A DNA stretch of 64,000 nucleotides from a virus, in the IMG/VR virus record IMGVR_UViG_3300030329_006605, positions 30,013-94,012 of that record; one strand, written 5' to 3'. Positions 10,621 through 20,724 of this stretch are shown piece after piece. Each line of letters opens with the position of its first letter. The first letter of the stretch is position 1. A model generated the notes under the pieces. The model was not told the origin of the DNA, made no database searches, and saw nothing but the letters and a program-made list of their open reading frames with translations. Made by a program: the position numbers and the translations under genes.

Positions 10621-11240
10621 TAGCTTACCGCCTTAGATGCTTTTAAAAATTTTTTATTTTCTTTCTTGGCTCGCAAGAAATCTTCCTTGGTTTTTTTCCA
10701 GAACACATCACCATAGTCTATATAAATCTCTTCGCCAGCCTCAATATCTCTAATAGATAAAATCATAAAATATGGTTGAGTTGGAACCGGGTAGCATTGA
10801 GCATTATACCCGCTCTTAATCAAATAATTAATTCTTTGCTTATTCTTTTCTAGTATATTGCTTTCTTCATCTACGTTCCAGTAACCAGATTGGCGATTAT
10901 TATAATTATGTTTGTCATTTATGTAACCGCCTAAGCCTATGGGGTTTGTTGATGAAATTGGGTCACAATCTATATAAACGTCTAATTGGTTATCTCCGTC
11001 TTTCACTTTGGCTGCGGGATGCCACAAAGCATATCTTGGCATAGGCTCTTTTGGTGCAGTGCCGTCAATTTTATAAGCGTATTTTTCTTCTATTTTATCT
11101 GCGGTATAAAGATCGCCCTTGTATTCGCACATGGGTATACCTACAGGCAAATGAGCGGTTGCAAACAATCCTAGACCAGCCTTCTTTATGTTTGAAGTTT
11201 TTATTTCTAAACCCGTTGCTAAATTATCTTGTATGTTCAT
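10620..11240 (-). CDS. SET-domain protein (lysine methyltransferase-like)
   Basis: AGLGLFA, GYIND, RDIEAGEEIYIDYG. Confidence 0.85.
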   Translation of the reverse strand: MNIQDNLATGLEIKTSNIKKAGLGLFATAHLPVGIPMCEYKGDLYTADKIEEKYAYKIDGTAPKEPMPRYALWHPAAKVKDGDNQLDVYIDCDPISSTNPIGLGGYINDKHNYNNRQSGYWNVDEESNILEKNKQRINYLIKSGYNAQCYPVPTQPYFMILSIRDIEAGEEIYIDYGDVFWKKTKEDFLRAKKENKKFLKASKAVS

Positions 11241-11932
11241 AAAAAATCTACATCCCCCTTTTTTAAAGTAATTTTAACCTTTTCTATTATATTTTTCTTT
11301 AAATTTTTTATTTGTTTGTATCCCGGATTCCTGTTTTTTTCCGTTGAAACATACCCCAAAGAACTGGCGACTTCTATTTCTTCTAAATTTTTAATAAATA
11401 ACCCCTCGTAAACTATCCACTCGTTCGGCTTTAAAATTTCTTTCATTTTTTTGTGTAGTTTCTTTGCGTTTCTTTCTATATCCATAGAATCTGATAAAGC
11501 TATACGTTGAACCTCATAACTATGATCTTCTAAAGATAATGGTATTTTTATATTATATGCGCTTTTTTTTGTTTTTTCCCACCTAGCAAACAGCGGACAG
11601 CTTGAGTCTTGTTTGTCGTATATCTTGCATCCATCATGCCCTTCTTGAGCCGCACATTTCAAACATGGCCTACTATAATTTCCGTAATTGTTTCTTATTA
11701 AATTTTTTATCTGATTAGATATTATTCTATTTAACCACGGCCCCAGAGGTTTATCCTCTTTGTATAGATGCCATTTTTCGTAAATGTGTACTCTTATTAT
11801 TTGAGAAACATCATCGAAATCCATCCAATTTAAGGAAGTTAAGCTCCATTTATGCCTTCTTTTATTTATTTCTTGATTTATAAAATCTATGGACTCCTCA
11901 AAGCTGGGTTTTTCTTTTCTTTTTTTAGGCAT
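11237..11932 (-). CDS. Phage sigma70-family sigma factor (candidate late sigma)
   Basis: DFDDVSQ...WLNRIISNQIKNLIR (region 2), LSLED, LKPNEW...EEIEVASSLG (region 4); Cys-rich insert. Confidence 0.7.
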   Translation of the reverse strand: MPKKRKEKPSFEESIDFINQEINKRRHKWSLTSLNWMDFDDVSQIIRVHIYEKWHLYKEDKPLGPWLNRIISNQIKNLIRNNYGNYSRPCLKCAAQEGHDGCKIYDKQDSSCPLFARWEKTKKSAYNIKIPLSLEDHSYEVQRIALSDSMDIERNAKKLHKKMKEILKPNEWIVYEGLFIKNLEEIEVASSLGYVSTEKNRNPGYKQIKNLKKNIIEKVKITLKKGDVDFL

Positions 11933-12324
11933 TATTTGTTTCTAGAAGTTCCCGCTTCTGATTGGAACTCGTCCAAGAACTTCTTTTTATTGGCAGCTTG
12001 TTGTTTTTTTGAAACACGCTTTCTTTTTTCACCCTTTTGGTTTGTTTGATTATTGGGTGGCGTTTTTCCACTTTTATCAATTGCGTCACCAACCGTGATT
12101 CCTTTCGGGCTCATATCGTATTCCACGTCAAAATCTAATCCAGTAAGATTTACGTCTAATTCAACAATTTCGTCTTGTTCAATAGTTTCTACATCGTTGG
12201 GAACAATAGCCGGTGGTGTTACAGCCCCCTTTAAAAAGGAAAACCCACATTTAGGGCAAAAATTTGGTTTTTCTAAAGCTTTATGCTCGATTCTTTTTCC
12301 ACAGCTATTACAATAAGTAGTCAT
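11932..12324 (-). CDS. Zinc-ribbon protein
   Basis: YCNSCG...NFCPKCG. Confidence 0.7.
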   Translation of the reverse strand: MTTYCNSCGKRIEHKALEKPNFCPKCGFSFLKGAVTPPAIVPNDVETIEQDEIVELDVNLTGLDFDVEYDMSPKGITVGDAIDKSGKTPPNNQTNQKGEKRKRVSKKQQAANKKKFLDEFQSEAGTSRNK

Positions 12325-12387
12325 ACAGTTATATTACTCGTAATTAAGGTTTTTTCTCAAAAAAAGTGTGTATATATATTTATAGCG

Positions 12388-12546
12388 ATGAAGAAAGACT
12401 TAAAAACTATTCTTGATATAAGCTTTCGTTATTGCAAAAATTCAAACGACCATATCGCTAATTTCTTTAGAAAAATAAATGATACTGCATGGCAAGCTTT
12501 AAAACATATAGAAAGACATCCCCCTAAAGATGAGGAAGAAAATTAA
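12388..12546 (+). CDS. Small hypothetical protein
   Basis: ATG at 12388 follows a GTGTA motif; MKKDLKTILD... Confidence 0.45.
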   Translation: MKKDLKTILDISFRYCKNSNDHIANFFRKINDTAWQALKHIERHPPKDEEEN

Positions 12547-13346
12547 ATTCTTTCTTCTTCTTCTGTTATTTTTTTAGTTATAAATTTAACCAACTCAGAC
12601 CGCATGATATCTTCTTCTGTAAAATTAAAAGTATAAATACCCATGGCAATACTATCTTCTTCAGAGAAGAGTTTCGATAATCTAGCAAATCCCCCCTGAG
12701 AGCTTTCGTTTCTAATATCTGTTTGTGCTGGATCAGCAAGAACAAAGCACCTGCTACCTTCGGCCATCCTAGTGAGGACGGTAACAATTTCTTTTTCTGT
12801 GGAGTTTTGCGCTTCGTCAAGAATCACACATTTTCCCTTCCAGTTCATTCCTCTGGCAAAATTAACCGGAAACATAGATACCCTATTTTGTTCTTCTAGT
12901 TTATCAGCTTTTGTTTCTAATAATAATTCGTCAAGCTTGTCTAAAAACGGTAGATTATAAAATCTAAGCTTTTCGTCCGCTGTGCCGGGTAAGAATCCCA
13001 AGCTTCTATCAGAACTTTCTACCGCTGATCGGAGATACATTATATCGCTAGCCGCCTTCATGTTGAGAAGTTGAAGCCCACAGTAAGTTGCTAAAAGAGT
13101 TTTACTGGTTCCCGCGGGGCCATTTACGAACACGATCTTCGTGTTGTAATCTAGAGCTACCCTAAAAAATTCTTTTTGTTTATCTGTCCAAGGAAATTGG
13201 TTGATTTTTATCTGTTTCTTTATGGGATTTTCGACTATGAACTTTTCATCATGAGGCGATTCGTTCATGACCGCGGAGACGACTTCTTTTCCTCCCCGTA
13301 TTTTTACTTTACCGCCCGCATCGGGCTCTTTCTTTCTTCTTGGCAT
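12543..13346 (-). CDS. phoH: PhoH-family ATPase
   Basis: GPAGTSKT, LGFLPG, ARG, ILDEAQN, LTR, DPAQTD, DIMRS. Confidence 0.92.
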   Translation of the reverse strand: MPRRKKEPDAGGKVKIRGGKEVVSAVMNESPHDEKFIVENPIKKQIKINQFPWTDKQKEFFRVALDYNTKIVFVNGPAGTSKTLLATYCGLQLLNMKAASDIMYLRSAVESSDRSLGFLPGTADEKLRFYNLPFLDKLDELLLETKADKLEEQNRVSMFPVNFARGMNWKGKCVILDEAQNSTEKEIVTVLTRMAEGSRCFVLADPAQTDIRNESSQGGFARLSKLFSEEDSIAMGIYTFNFTEEDIMRSELVKFITKKITEEEERI

Positions 13347-13379
13347 AATTAAAACACCTTGTAAAAGGTATTACACAAA

Positions 13380-14009
13380 TTAAATGTTCATATCCATCAT
13401 CTTATCAATTATTGAATATTTTGAGTATTTTGAGTTTATAAATGTTAGTCTTATATTATGTCTGTTAAAATCTTGGGGGTTTAATACTCCCCTAAAATAT
13501 GGGAGAGCTAAAAATTCTCTAGCTTTTTCTTTTCTGCAAATTTCTAGGATTTTATCTTCTAGGTAGGTGTTTATCTCTGGGTGGCTAGTTGATGAAAATG
13601 TGAACCCTCTTTTGGGTTTTATATTTAACAGTTCTGCCGTTTTAAAAACACTGTAGGCAGACAACTGAGATACGCTATCTCCCGGTACTTGAAATACTTC
13701 TTTTATCATTGGCATAACAGTATCAAATCCTCTTTTGAATTTATAATTAAAGTTTAATACTTTTATGAACTTTTTTTTCCATGCGGAGGTTGTGTATTTT
13801 GCGTCTTTTATTAAAATGGGGTTATCGTTTTTTTCTAATGGAATCCTAAAGTAATAGTTTTTATCTTGAATGTTTAGTATTGTTTTATTTATCCAATCTT
13901 TGCTATTAAAAAAGACGTCATCCAAGAAAATTACTTTATCAGCTTCTTGTACTATATTAAAGTAGCCCTCATAAGGGAAAAAACAAGGTTGGATTAATGC
14001 TAGTTTCAT
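13380..14009 (-). CDS. WbqC-like protein
   Basis: IQPCFFPYEGYF...FLDDV...WINKT and C-terminal SIID. Confidence 0.8.
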   Translation of the reverse strand: MKLALIQPCFFPYEGYFNIVQEADKVIFLDDVFFNSKDWINKTILNIQDKNYYFRIPLEKNDNPILIKDAKYTTSAWKKKFIKVLNFNYKFKRGFDTVMPMIKEVFQVPGDSVSQLSAYSVFKTAELLNIKPKRGFTFSSTSHPEINTYLEDKILEICRKEKAREFLALPYFRGVLNPQDFNRHNIRLTFINSKYSKYSIIDKMMDMNI

Positions 14010-14977
14010 TTTGCGTCAAAAAAGAATAGATGGAATAATCTACTGTTCTCTCTATTGCTACCGAAATATTCGGTTGCTGAGTGAATTAATTTTGCATCCC
14101 ATAGAACCAGTCTATTGAATACGTTTCCTACCGTATCAACTAATTCAAAGTTATTTCTATCATAAAATCCACCAGCAAAAATTTCTGAATGAATAATCAT
14201 AGGATCATCAACTTCCTTTTCCGAGGGCTCTTTTCGCCAACCGTTTATCTTACTCTTGTAGAAGCTTGTTCCACATCCAACGGGCGCATCTGGAGTCAAA
14301 TATACCGCTCCAGCCCATTGTTGTCCGTCTGTATGATATACGACCTTATCCTCTGCAGTGCAGAATTGAAAGCATCCGTTGGTGCCATAATCCCATTTTG
14401 TAATTTCTTTACCTAGAAGGTTTTCGAATGCCTCCTTGGTCCCTTCCGCTATATAAGTTTCATCCGTTCTATTACCCTTGTGGTAATCTTCGTGTTGAAT
14501 CATATCCGTTCTTAAAGCTAATTCTCTTACCTTCATGGGGTCGGAATAAAAATTATCAATCACGACAGCCTCCCTTTTAAGCTGTGAATTTATTGTGACT
14601 GAAGACAGATCTAATTTTTCGAATCCTTCTTTTTCTTTGTCCGTTAATTCCTTTAAATCGACCCATATTTCGTTTTCAATTTTGCATTGTAATTTAACTT
14701 TAGTGCTTTTATCTGTTAAGAGGTTCTCTTCGTTTAAATGAATATCTATATAAAATCCCGTAAATAGCATTAAATCGCTATTATAAAATTGTTTTACATC
14801 TTCTCGTTTAATGCCGTATTTTGCTCCACCCACTTCGACATCGTTTGCGAGCAGCCTTATATCTGTGACTTCTTTTTCCTCTATAGTCCCACACCAACCC
14901 CCTATATACAGCATTTCTCCCGTATTTTTGATTCGGTCTATGTTTAGATTAATACCCTTTGTTAAAGTTTCGTGCAT
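14006..14977 (-). CDS. 2OG-Fe(II) oxygenase-like (DUF6445-like) protein with N-terminal extra domain
   Basis: VIDNFYSDP, HTD, WAGAVYLTP, GTSFY, NVFNRLVLW...H, RLFHLFFF. Confidence 0.7.
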   Translation of the reverse strand: MHETLTKGINLNIDRIKNTGEMLYIGGWCGTIEEKEVTDIRLLANDVEVGGAKYGIKREDVKQFYNSDLMLFTGFYIDIHLNEENLLTDKSTKVKLQCKIENEIWVDLKELTDKEKEGFEKLDLSSVTINSQLKREAVVIDNFYSDPMKVRELALRTDMIQHEDYHKGNRTDETYIAEGTKEAFENLLGKEITKWDYGTNGCFQFCTAEDKVVYHTDGQQWAGAVYLTPDAPVGCGTSFYKSKINGWRKEPSEKEVDDPMIIHSEIFAGGFYDRNNFELVDTVGNVFNRLVLWDAKLIHSATEYFGSNRENSRLFHLFFFDAK

Positions 14978-15911
14978 AATACTTTATGGTTTTCTTTAAT
15001 CCATCTTGAAGTTTTGTTTTTGGAGCCCATTCTAGTTCCTTTTGTATTTTCTTGCTGTTTATGGCGTATCTAAAATCATGCCCCAATCTGTCTTTTACAT
15101 ATTTTATATATTTTTTATGGGATACTTTAAATATCCTACAAATTTCGTAGATAATTTCCAAATTAGTTTTTTCACAATTGGCTCCCACCAAATATGTTTC
15201 TCCTAGTTTCCCTTTTGTCAGTATTGACCATAAGGCTCTACAATGGTCTTTAACATATATCCAATCTCTAATATTCTTTCCCTCACCGTAAACTGGTATT
15301 TTGTCTTCTTCCAGAATTGATCTAATTATGGTGGGTATAAATTTTTCTTGATGCTGGTTTGGACCATAGTTGTTTGAGCAATTAGATATGGTTATCGGTA
15401 ATTCATGGGTATTGAAGTAGGCTCGAATTAAAAAGTCAGATGAAGCTTTAGACGCGGAATATGGGTTCCTAGGGTCATACGCCGTATCTTCTGAAAATTT
15501 GTTATCGCCTTTATTTAGGTGGCCATATACTTCGTCTGTAGATACATGGTGTAATCGCTTTATTTTGAACTTCTGAGCGCATTTTATCAAATTGAAGGTT
15601 CCCACCACGTTACTCTCAATAAACGCGTCAGCGGCTAAAATAGAGTTATCTACGTGTGTTTCTGCGGCTAGATGTACAACGTGTGTGATGTCATGTTTGT
15701 AAAAGGTATCATATACGTCAGAGTAATCCTTAAGATTAACCTCTTGGAACATATATTTTTCATGATTATCAAATTCTTCTACATTATTTAAATTCCCAGC
15801 GTATGAAAGACTATCAAGATTAACAAGCTTGCAAACTTGTTTTTTATTGATTACGTGTCTAATAAAATTAGAGCCAATAAACCCGCATCCACCTGTGACT
15901 AATAAATTCAT
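14949..15911 (-). CDS. rfbB: dTDP-glucose 4,6-dehydratase
   Basis: GGCGFIGSN, HLAAETHVD, STDEVYG, YSASK, NCSNNYGP. Confidence 0.95.
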   Translation of the reverse strand: MNLLVTGGCGFIGSNFIRHVINKKQVCKLVNLDSLSYAGNLNNVEEFDNHEKYMFQEVNLKDYSDVYDTFYKHDITHVVHLAAETHVDNSILAADAFIESNVVGTFNLIKCAQKFKIKRLHHVSTDEVYGHLNKGDNKFSEDTAYDPRNPYSASKASSDFLIRAYFNTHELPITISNCSNNYGPNQHQEKFIPTIIRSILEEDKIPVYGEGKNIRDWIYVKDHCRALWSILTKGKLGETYLVGANCEKTNLEIIYEICRIFKVSHKKYIKYVKDRLGHDFRYAINSKKIQKELEWAPKTKLQDGLKKTIKYYARNFNKGY

Positions 15912-17311
15912 AAATAATTTAAATGTTCGGAACCCTTAAGGAATTCTCCATGTATCTTTGGTATGTATTTTTCTAGCGATGTTTTTATCTTGTCGTGCCG
16001 TTCTTTATCTACGCCTACTTTTTTATAATGCCATTCTATGTATAATTCGTCAATATATTTTATTGATTTATCATCTATCATTTTTTCGAGCACCTCATAT
16101 TCTGCTCCCTCAATATCCATTTTTAAAATTATATAGTCTTTTTCTTTGAAATTTGTTAGTATCCATTCGCTAAAGTCTATGGCGTCCACAATTAGTGGAT
16201 TGTCTAAGTCGTTTTCTTTATGACCGTTGGGGTGGGTTTTCTCTGTTAAAATACTGCTTCCATCTCCGTCATTTCTATCTAGGTAAAAATTTATCTTTTC
16301 ATTCTTAATCCAAACGGCGTTATTCATTATCTTATCTTTGGGGTTTTTTTGGGCGTAATCTTTTATCAAGTCGAAATTAGGCTCGAAAGAAAATATTTCA
16401 TAATTTTTTTCAATGTACTTTCTTTGAGATTTAAACTTCCTTATTGATTGTCCGGTATTTCCACCACAGTCGATAAACGCCCTTCTTTTGGGGTTCTCGC
16501 TAAAACCATTTTTCCTTATCCAATCTATGGTATATCCTATTCTAGAAAATATTTTGTTTTTGCTGTCTATTTGTAGTTGTGGGTAAAATTTATGTTCAAT
16601 ATGCCTTAATATTGCTTGGTCTGTTCCACACCCCTTAGGAAAGTTAATCGCAGCGTTCCCCCATTTCTGTAAGCCCTTATCTAGTATTTCTCCAGACTTC
16701 ATCAAAGTAGATAGGCGTTTAATTAATTCTTGGTTTTTATACCATTTCTTTGCTGAAAGATCATCATCCGTAACATACTTTATAACTTCTTTAAATGTTT
16801 TAATTATGAAATCTTTTTTTCCTATATATGCTCCAGCGTTCAAATACCAACCACCATGCATTTCTTTCGCCCAAGCTTTTGCCGCACGAGACTCCTTAGA
16901 TTCATTATAATATCCGTCTGAAAATTTTGTTGCGTTAAATAGCAAATCACAATTAAAGTCATTCAAAAATGTACTTAATATCTTATCTGGGCTCTGGGAA
17001 ATAAAAACGTCGTCCGTGTCAACAAACATTACATATTTTTTGTCTTTTACCTCTTCGCTCTCTAAATACTCCAGATAGGGAATAAGTCTTAAGGTATTGC
17101 TCCAAGGATGTATGTTTAAATGTAAGCACGTATAATTATAACACTTATATTCTTCCATCTGCCTTTCCAAGAAGGATTTTTCCGTATGATTGTGACAGCC
17201 TATAACAAGCATGTTTTCCGGAATTACAAATTTTTTAGGTAGCAGTCCATTTTCTCTATGAAACTCCCACTCTTTTACTGCTCGAATTTGGTCATGATAA
17301 ACAGGAACCAT
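15908..17311 (-). CDS. Glycosyltransferase (PLOD-GT-like) fused to FkbM-family methyltransferase
   Basis: FVDTDDV, YLNAGAYIG, DQ in the N-half; FIDCGGNTG, FEPN, LKMDIEGAEY, EWH in the C-half. Confidence 0.75.
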   Translation of the reverse strand: MVPVYHDQIRAVKEWEFHRENGLLPKKFVIPENMLVIGCHNHTEKSFLERQMEEYKCYNYTCLHLNIHPWSNTLRLIPYLEYLESEEVKDKKYVMFVDTDDVFISQSPDKILSTFLNDFNCDLLFNATKFSDGYYNESKESRAAKAWAKEMHGGWYLNAGAYIGKKDFIIKTFKEVIKYVTDDDLSAKKWYKNQELIKRLSTLMKSGEILDKGLQKWGNAAINFPKGCGTDQAILRHIEHKFYPQLQIDSKNKIFSRIGYTIDWIRKNGFSENPKRRAFIDCGGNTGQSIRKFKSQRKYIEKNYEIFSFEPNFDLIKDYAQKNPKDKIMNNAVWIKNEKINFYLDRNDGDGSSILTEKTHPNGHKENDLDNPLIVDAIDFSEWILTNFKEKDYIILKMDIEGAEYEVLEKMIDDKSIKYIDELYIEWHYKKVGVDKERHDKIKTSLEKYIPKIHGEFLKGSEHLNYL

Positions 17312-17315
17312 ATTT

Positions 17316-18179
17316 TCATTTTCTCCAGCGAGTCAAGGATTCCGCGAGAGCTTCTTCTGTTGTCCTAATATTAACTCCTGTAGATAAAAGTTTAGAGTTA
17401 TCTAGAATACAGTTAGATCTTGGAGCACTTGCTCCAATTTCGTAAAACTGTTGTTCACTCTCAAAAAAATCAAAATTCTTATTAATATTTAAATATCGAT
17501 GCATAATCTGCACTACTTGTGCAGTAGAAACAAATCCAGAATTTACAATATTATATATCCCGTAGGGGGCTTTCTTTTTAATTAAATCATAACAAGCATT
17601 AACAAAATCATATCTATGAGACACAGAGTTTTTCATATCAAGTAATTTATCATAATTAAGAAGTTTAGACAAATAGTTTCTTGGGCTATTTATATGGTCA
17701 AAGGGTATTCTAAGCCTACATACATAAGTCTTATCTCTGTTGATTAATTCTTCTGCTAAAGCCTTGGTTCCAGAATAAAACGAACCATTATTAGTTTTAA
17801 AACAAAAATTAGGGGGGTCTTCTTCAGTATATTCCTTGTCATAGCCATTATATATACAACCAGAAGAAATATGACAATATATAGCGCCGAATCTAGCGCA
17901 GAGATTGGAAAGCATCACTGGGAATACGACATTGCCAGCAATCGTCTCGGCCTTGCGTGTTTCACACGCGTCTACATTGGGTTTTCCAATGAATCCAGCA
18001 CAATTAATAACAACATCATATTTACATGCTCCTATTTTTAAAAAGAACGAATTTAATTCTTCATAATTAGTATAGTCTACTTCACTTCTAGATAATGCAT
18101 TGTATTCTATATTCCGTCTTTTAGCTTCTTCTACAAAAGCTTTACCAATATAACCAGATTTACCCAAAATTAAAATCAT
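17316..18179 (-). CDS. RmlD-like / NRS-ER-type 3,5-epimerase-4-reductase
   Basis: GKSGYIG, GKPNVDACE, SSGCIY, SFYSGTK, LRIP; start reset to MILILG. Confidence 0.75.
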   Translation of the reverse strand: MILILGKSGYIGKAFVEEAKRRNIEYNALSRSEVDYTNYEELNSFFLKIGACKYDVVINCAGFIGKPNVDACETRKAETIAGNVVFPVMLSNLCARFGAIYCHISSGCIYNGYDKEYTEEDPPNFCFKTNNGSFYSGTKALAEELINRDKTYVCRLRIPFDHINSPRNYLSKLLNYDKLLDMKNSVSHRYDFVNACYDLIKKKAPYGIYNIVNSGFVSTAQVVQIMHRYLNINKNFDFFESEQQFYEIGASAPRSNCILDNSKLLSTGVNIRTTEEALAESLTRWRK

Positions 18180-18181
18180 AA

Positions 18182-18487
18182 TTATTCGTCTTTTTCCTCT
18201 GTTTTGTTTAAATACCACATTCGAAATAAAAATACAGCGCCAAAAATAGCTAAAGTTAAAAACAACCAGCCAACAATAGATTTACCTGTCTCAATCTGGG
18301 TTTCTGTTGGCTCAAAAGGCTCTGGTTTATCCTTTTTGGGTGGTTGATCTTCTTTGTCAGGCAAAATTGGATCTAAAACAGCCTCTCCAATATTAGTAAA
18401 ATAGCCGCCAACCTTTTTTATCGTCCCACAACCAGCAAAAGAAACAATACCAAATATCAAAAACACCAAAATTATATTATTTTTCAT
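18182..18487 (-). CDS. Lipoprotein with C-terminal TM helix (u-spanin-like topology)
   Basis: Lipobox FAGC plus hydrophobic IVGWLFLTLAIFGAVFLF. Confidence 0.45.
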   Translation of the reverse strand: MKNNIILVFLIFGIVSFAGCGTIKKVGGYFTNIGEAVLDPILPDKEDQPPKKDKPEPFEPTETQIETGKSIVGWLFLTLAIFGAVFLFRMWYLNKTEEKDE

Positions 18488-19343
18488 TTTTTATTAAATT
18501 TTCTAGATAAGTTTTATACTCGCAGTCTGAAAGTTCATTTATTATATCTTTTAATTTGTCTTTATCTATAAATTTGCTTCTTAACGCGGCCTCTTCAGCG
18601 CACCCAACCTTAACACCCTGTCTTTTTTCTATAACTTCAATGTATTCTGCTGATTCATGAAGCGCGGTTGTCGTTCCTGCGTCCAGCCACGCACACCCAC
18701 GGTTAATTTTATGTACATTTAATTGATTTTTATTCAAAAAGTGCTTATTTACATCAGTTATCTCTAGCTCTCCTCGCTTTGAGGGCTTCAGATTCTCCGC
18801 GACTTCAACAACAGTATGGTCATACAAGTAAAGTCCGGGCACAGCGAAGTTACTTTTTGGTCTTTTGGGTTTTTCCTCTAACGAAATCGCCACCCCTTCG
18901 TCATTAAACTCCACAACACCATACCTAGAGGGGTCTTTTACCTCATATCCAAATATCGTTGCCCCACTTTTAAAGCGTGAGAACGCTTTTTTAAACACAC
19001 TAGAGCCAGCAAATATGTTATCGCCCAAAATTAGCGCCACCTTTTTGTTTTGGATGTGTTCTTTTGCTATAATGAAGGCGTCCGCTATGCCTCTGGGCTC
19101 TTCTTGTATAAGAAAATTAAATTTTACGCCAAATCGAGCGCCATCGCCCAATAATTTTTTATAATTAATTATATTAATTGAGTCGCTAATTAATGTTATG
19201 TCTTTTATCCCGTTTTCTATTAAAGTTGTAAGGGGATAATATATCATAGGCTTGTCATATACAGGTAGGAGTCCCTTGCTGACGATTTCAGTTAAAGGGT
19301 ATAGCCTACTTCCCTTACCTCCGGCTAATATTATTCCTTTCAT
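18477..19343 (-). CDS. rfbA: Glucose-1-phosphate thymidylyltransferase
   Basis: GIILAGGKGSRLYPLT, LLPVYDKPMIYYP, LGDNIF, EEKP, RGELEITD, WLDAGT. Confidence 0.95.
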   Translation of the reverse strand: MKGIILAGGKGSRLYPLTEIVSKGLLPVYDKPMIYYPLTTLIENGIKDITLISDSINIINYKKLLGDGARFGVKFNFLIQEEPRGIADAFIIAKEHIQNKKVALILGDNIFAGSSVFKKAFSRFKSGATIFGYEVKDPSRYGVVEFNDEGVAISLEEKPKRPKSNFAVPGLYLYDHTVVEVAENLKPSKRGELEITDVNKHFLNKNQLNVHKINRGCAWLDAGTTTALHESAEYIEVIEKRQGVKVGCAEEAALRSKFIDKDKLKDIINELSDCEYKTYLENLIKNEK

Positions 19344-19688
19344 TTATCTTTTGAACGAGTTATTTCCCAAACGTAGATTCCCATGTGGCCGTTAAATACT
19401 TTTTTATATTTCATGCCATTTTCATCTACAAAACCGTTGCTTTCTTTAGATTTTTCTTTTTTTGATTTACGCTGCTTAGAACCATCTTCTCCGTTGTCTG
19501 GAATTTTCATGCTAATATATTATAACGCGTATTTAGTTCGCGTCAACTCTTTGTTTAACTGCGCGAATATTTATTAATATTTATAAAAAATCTAGATTTC
19601 AGGGGGTCGGGCAGATAAAAATCAAGCCCCCACCATGAATATTCGCACACAGATACCCTTGTTTTTCAAAAAAAGGGGGTGGGTCACT

Positions 19689-19754
19689 TTATAGCAACCC
19701 ACTTCCCAATTTCAATATGACATACAACATTAACAAAGATATAATCAACAACAT
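19689..19754 (-). CDS. 21-aa hydrophobic micropeptide MLLIISLLMLYVILKLGSGLL
   Basis: Best ORF behind the strong promoter at 19784-19812 (the ATG at 19777 gives only 10 codons); AAAGGA upstream. Confidence 0.4.
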   Translation of the reverse strand: MLLIISLLMLYVILKLGSGLL

Positions 19755-19968
19755 AAACGTTCTTTTGTTCCTTTCATTGATATAATATAACACACAATCA
19801 AAGTCTTGTCAAGTGATTTTCTAAAAAAAGTTATTCACAATAATGAATGACGTAGAAAAGGCAGCGCGCCCCGCGCCAAATAGGCCAAATGCTTGTATTT
19901 AAGATATTTGGCTTATCTTAGAAATACAGCGCCAAATGCGCCAAATGCTTGTATTTAAGATATTTGGC

Positions 19969-20058
19969 TTATCCGAGAAATCCGAACACCATCCCAATCA
20001 GGACGCCTATCGCTCCACCAATTAAGAAGCCACATTTGAAGTCTGCTGTTGTTTTCAT
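19969..20058 (-). CDS. 29-aa glycine-zipper membrane peptide MKTTADFKCGFLIGGAIGVLIGMVFGFLG
   Basis: ATG 7 nt after the -10 of promoter 20066-20094; GxxxG repeats. Confidence 0.6.
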   Translation of the reverse strand: MKTTADFKCGFLIGGAIGVLIGMVFGFLG

Positions 20059-20188
20059 ATACCTTAATATACCACAGAACGAAGGTAATGTCAAGCGATT
20101 TTTTTGGTTTAATTCTCGCCGCCCGTTTCATGCCAAACGCCTTTTACAAATGGTTATTTGGAGCTTGTCGTTAATCTGAGAAATTCAA

Positions 20189-20681
20189 TTAGCAAAAATT
20201 GTTGTAACCAGATTCCTTAAATGTTTGCCCACTGCGGTGGATTACTTTTGGCTCGCTAAAATGCTTTTCAAGAATGTCAAACTGATGTTCGCTTGTGCCT
20301 CTGTTGTTGGCGTACTCTAACATTCTGAGCTTCATGCAAGCCTTGGGAAAGGTTTCTTGCATCTTGGCGACAGCAAGATTCTCTTGCGTTGTGGTCGGTA
20401 CTTCGTTAGTTGGTAGGTTTTTCTTTTGCATACTAGTTAACTTTTACAAATTCATCTACATTCATTGACCAGACCGAATCAATTACTCTACCGTCTGGGC
20501 TTACTTCTATAATCTCAACGCCGCCAACCAACAACTTGGCATCGACTGCGTGCTGCAAGCACTCGTGTGCTTCCTCTAGTAATGCGTCAAATGACTTGCG
20601 ACACTTGACCCGTGAGTTGAATACATCACCCAGAAACCAGAGTTCATAGGTGGCTTGCTTGTTATCTTCTTTAATCATCAT
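20189..20681 (-). CDS. Two small early hypothetical proteins (20433-20681, 20189-20431)
   Basis: Adjacent ORFs behind an extended -10 TGTGaTATACT at about 20688. Confidence 0.6.
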
Positions 20682-20724
20682 GCGTTCAGTATATCACAGA
20701 GGGTGGGACATCCGTAGACCCACC

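Noticed and set aside
19884-19981. CRISPR array from the 42-bp repeats
   Set aside because: Only two adjacent copies, with a 14-bp gap that is itself repeat-like; the third copy is 1.4 kb away; no cas genes seen.
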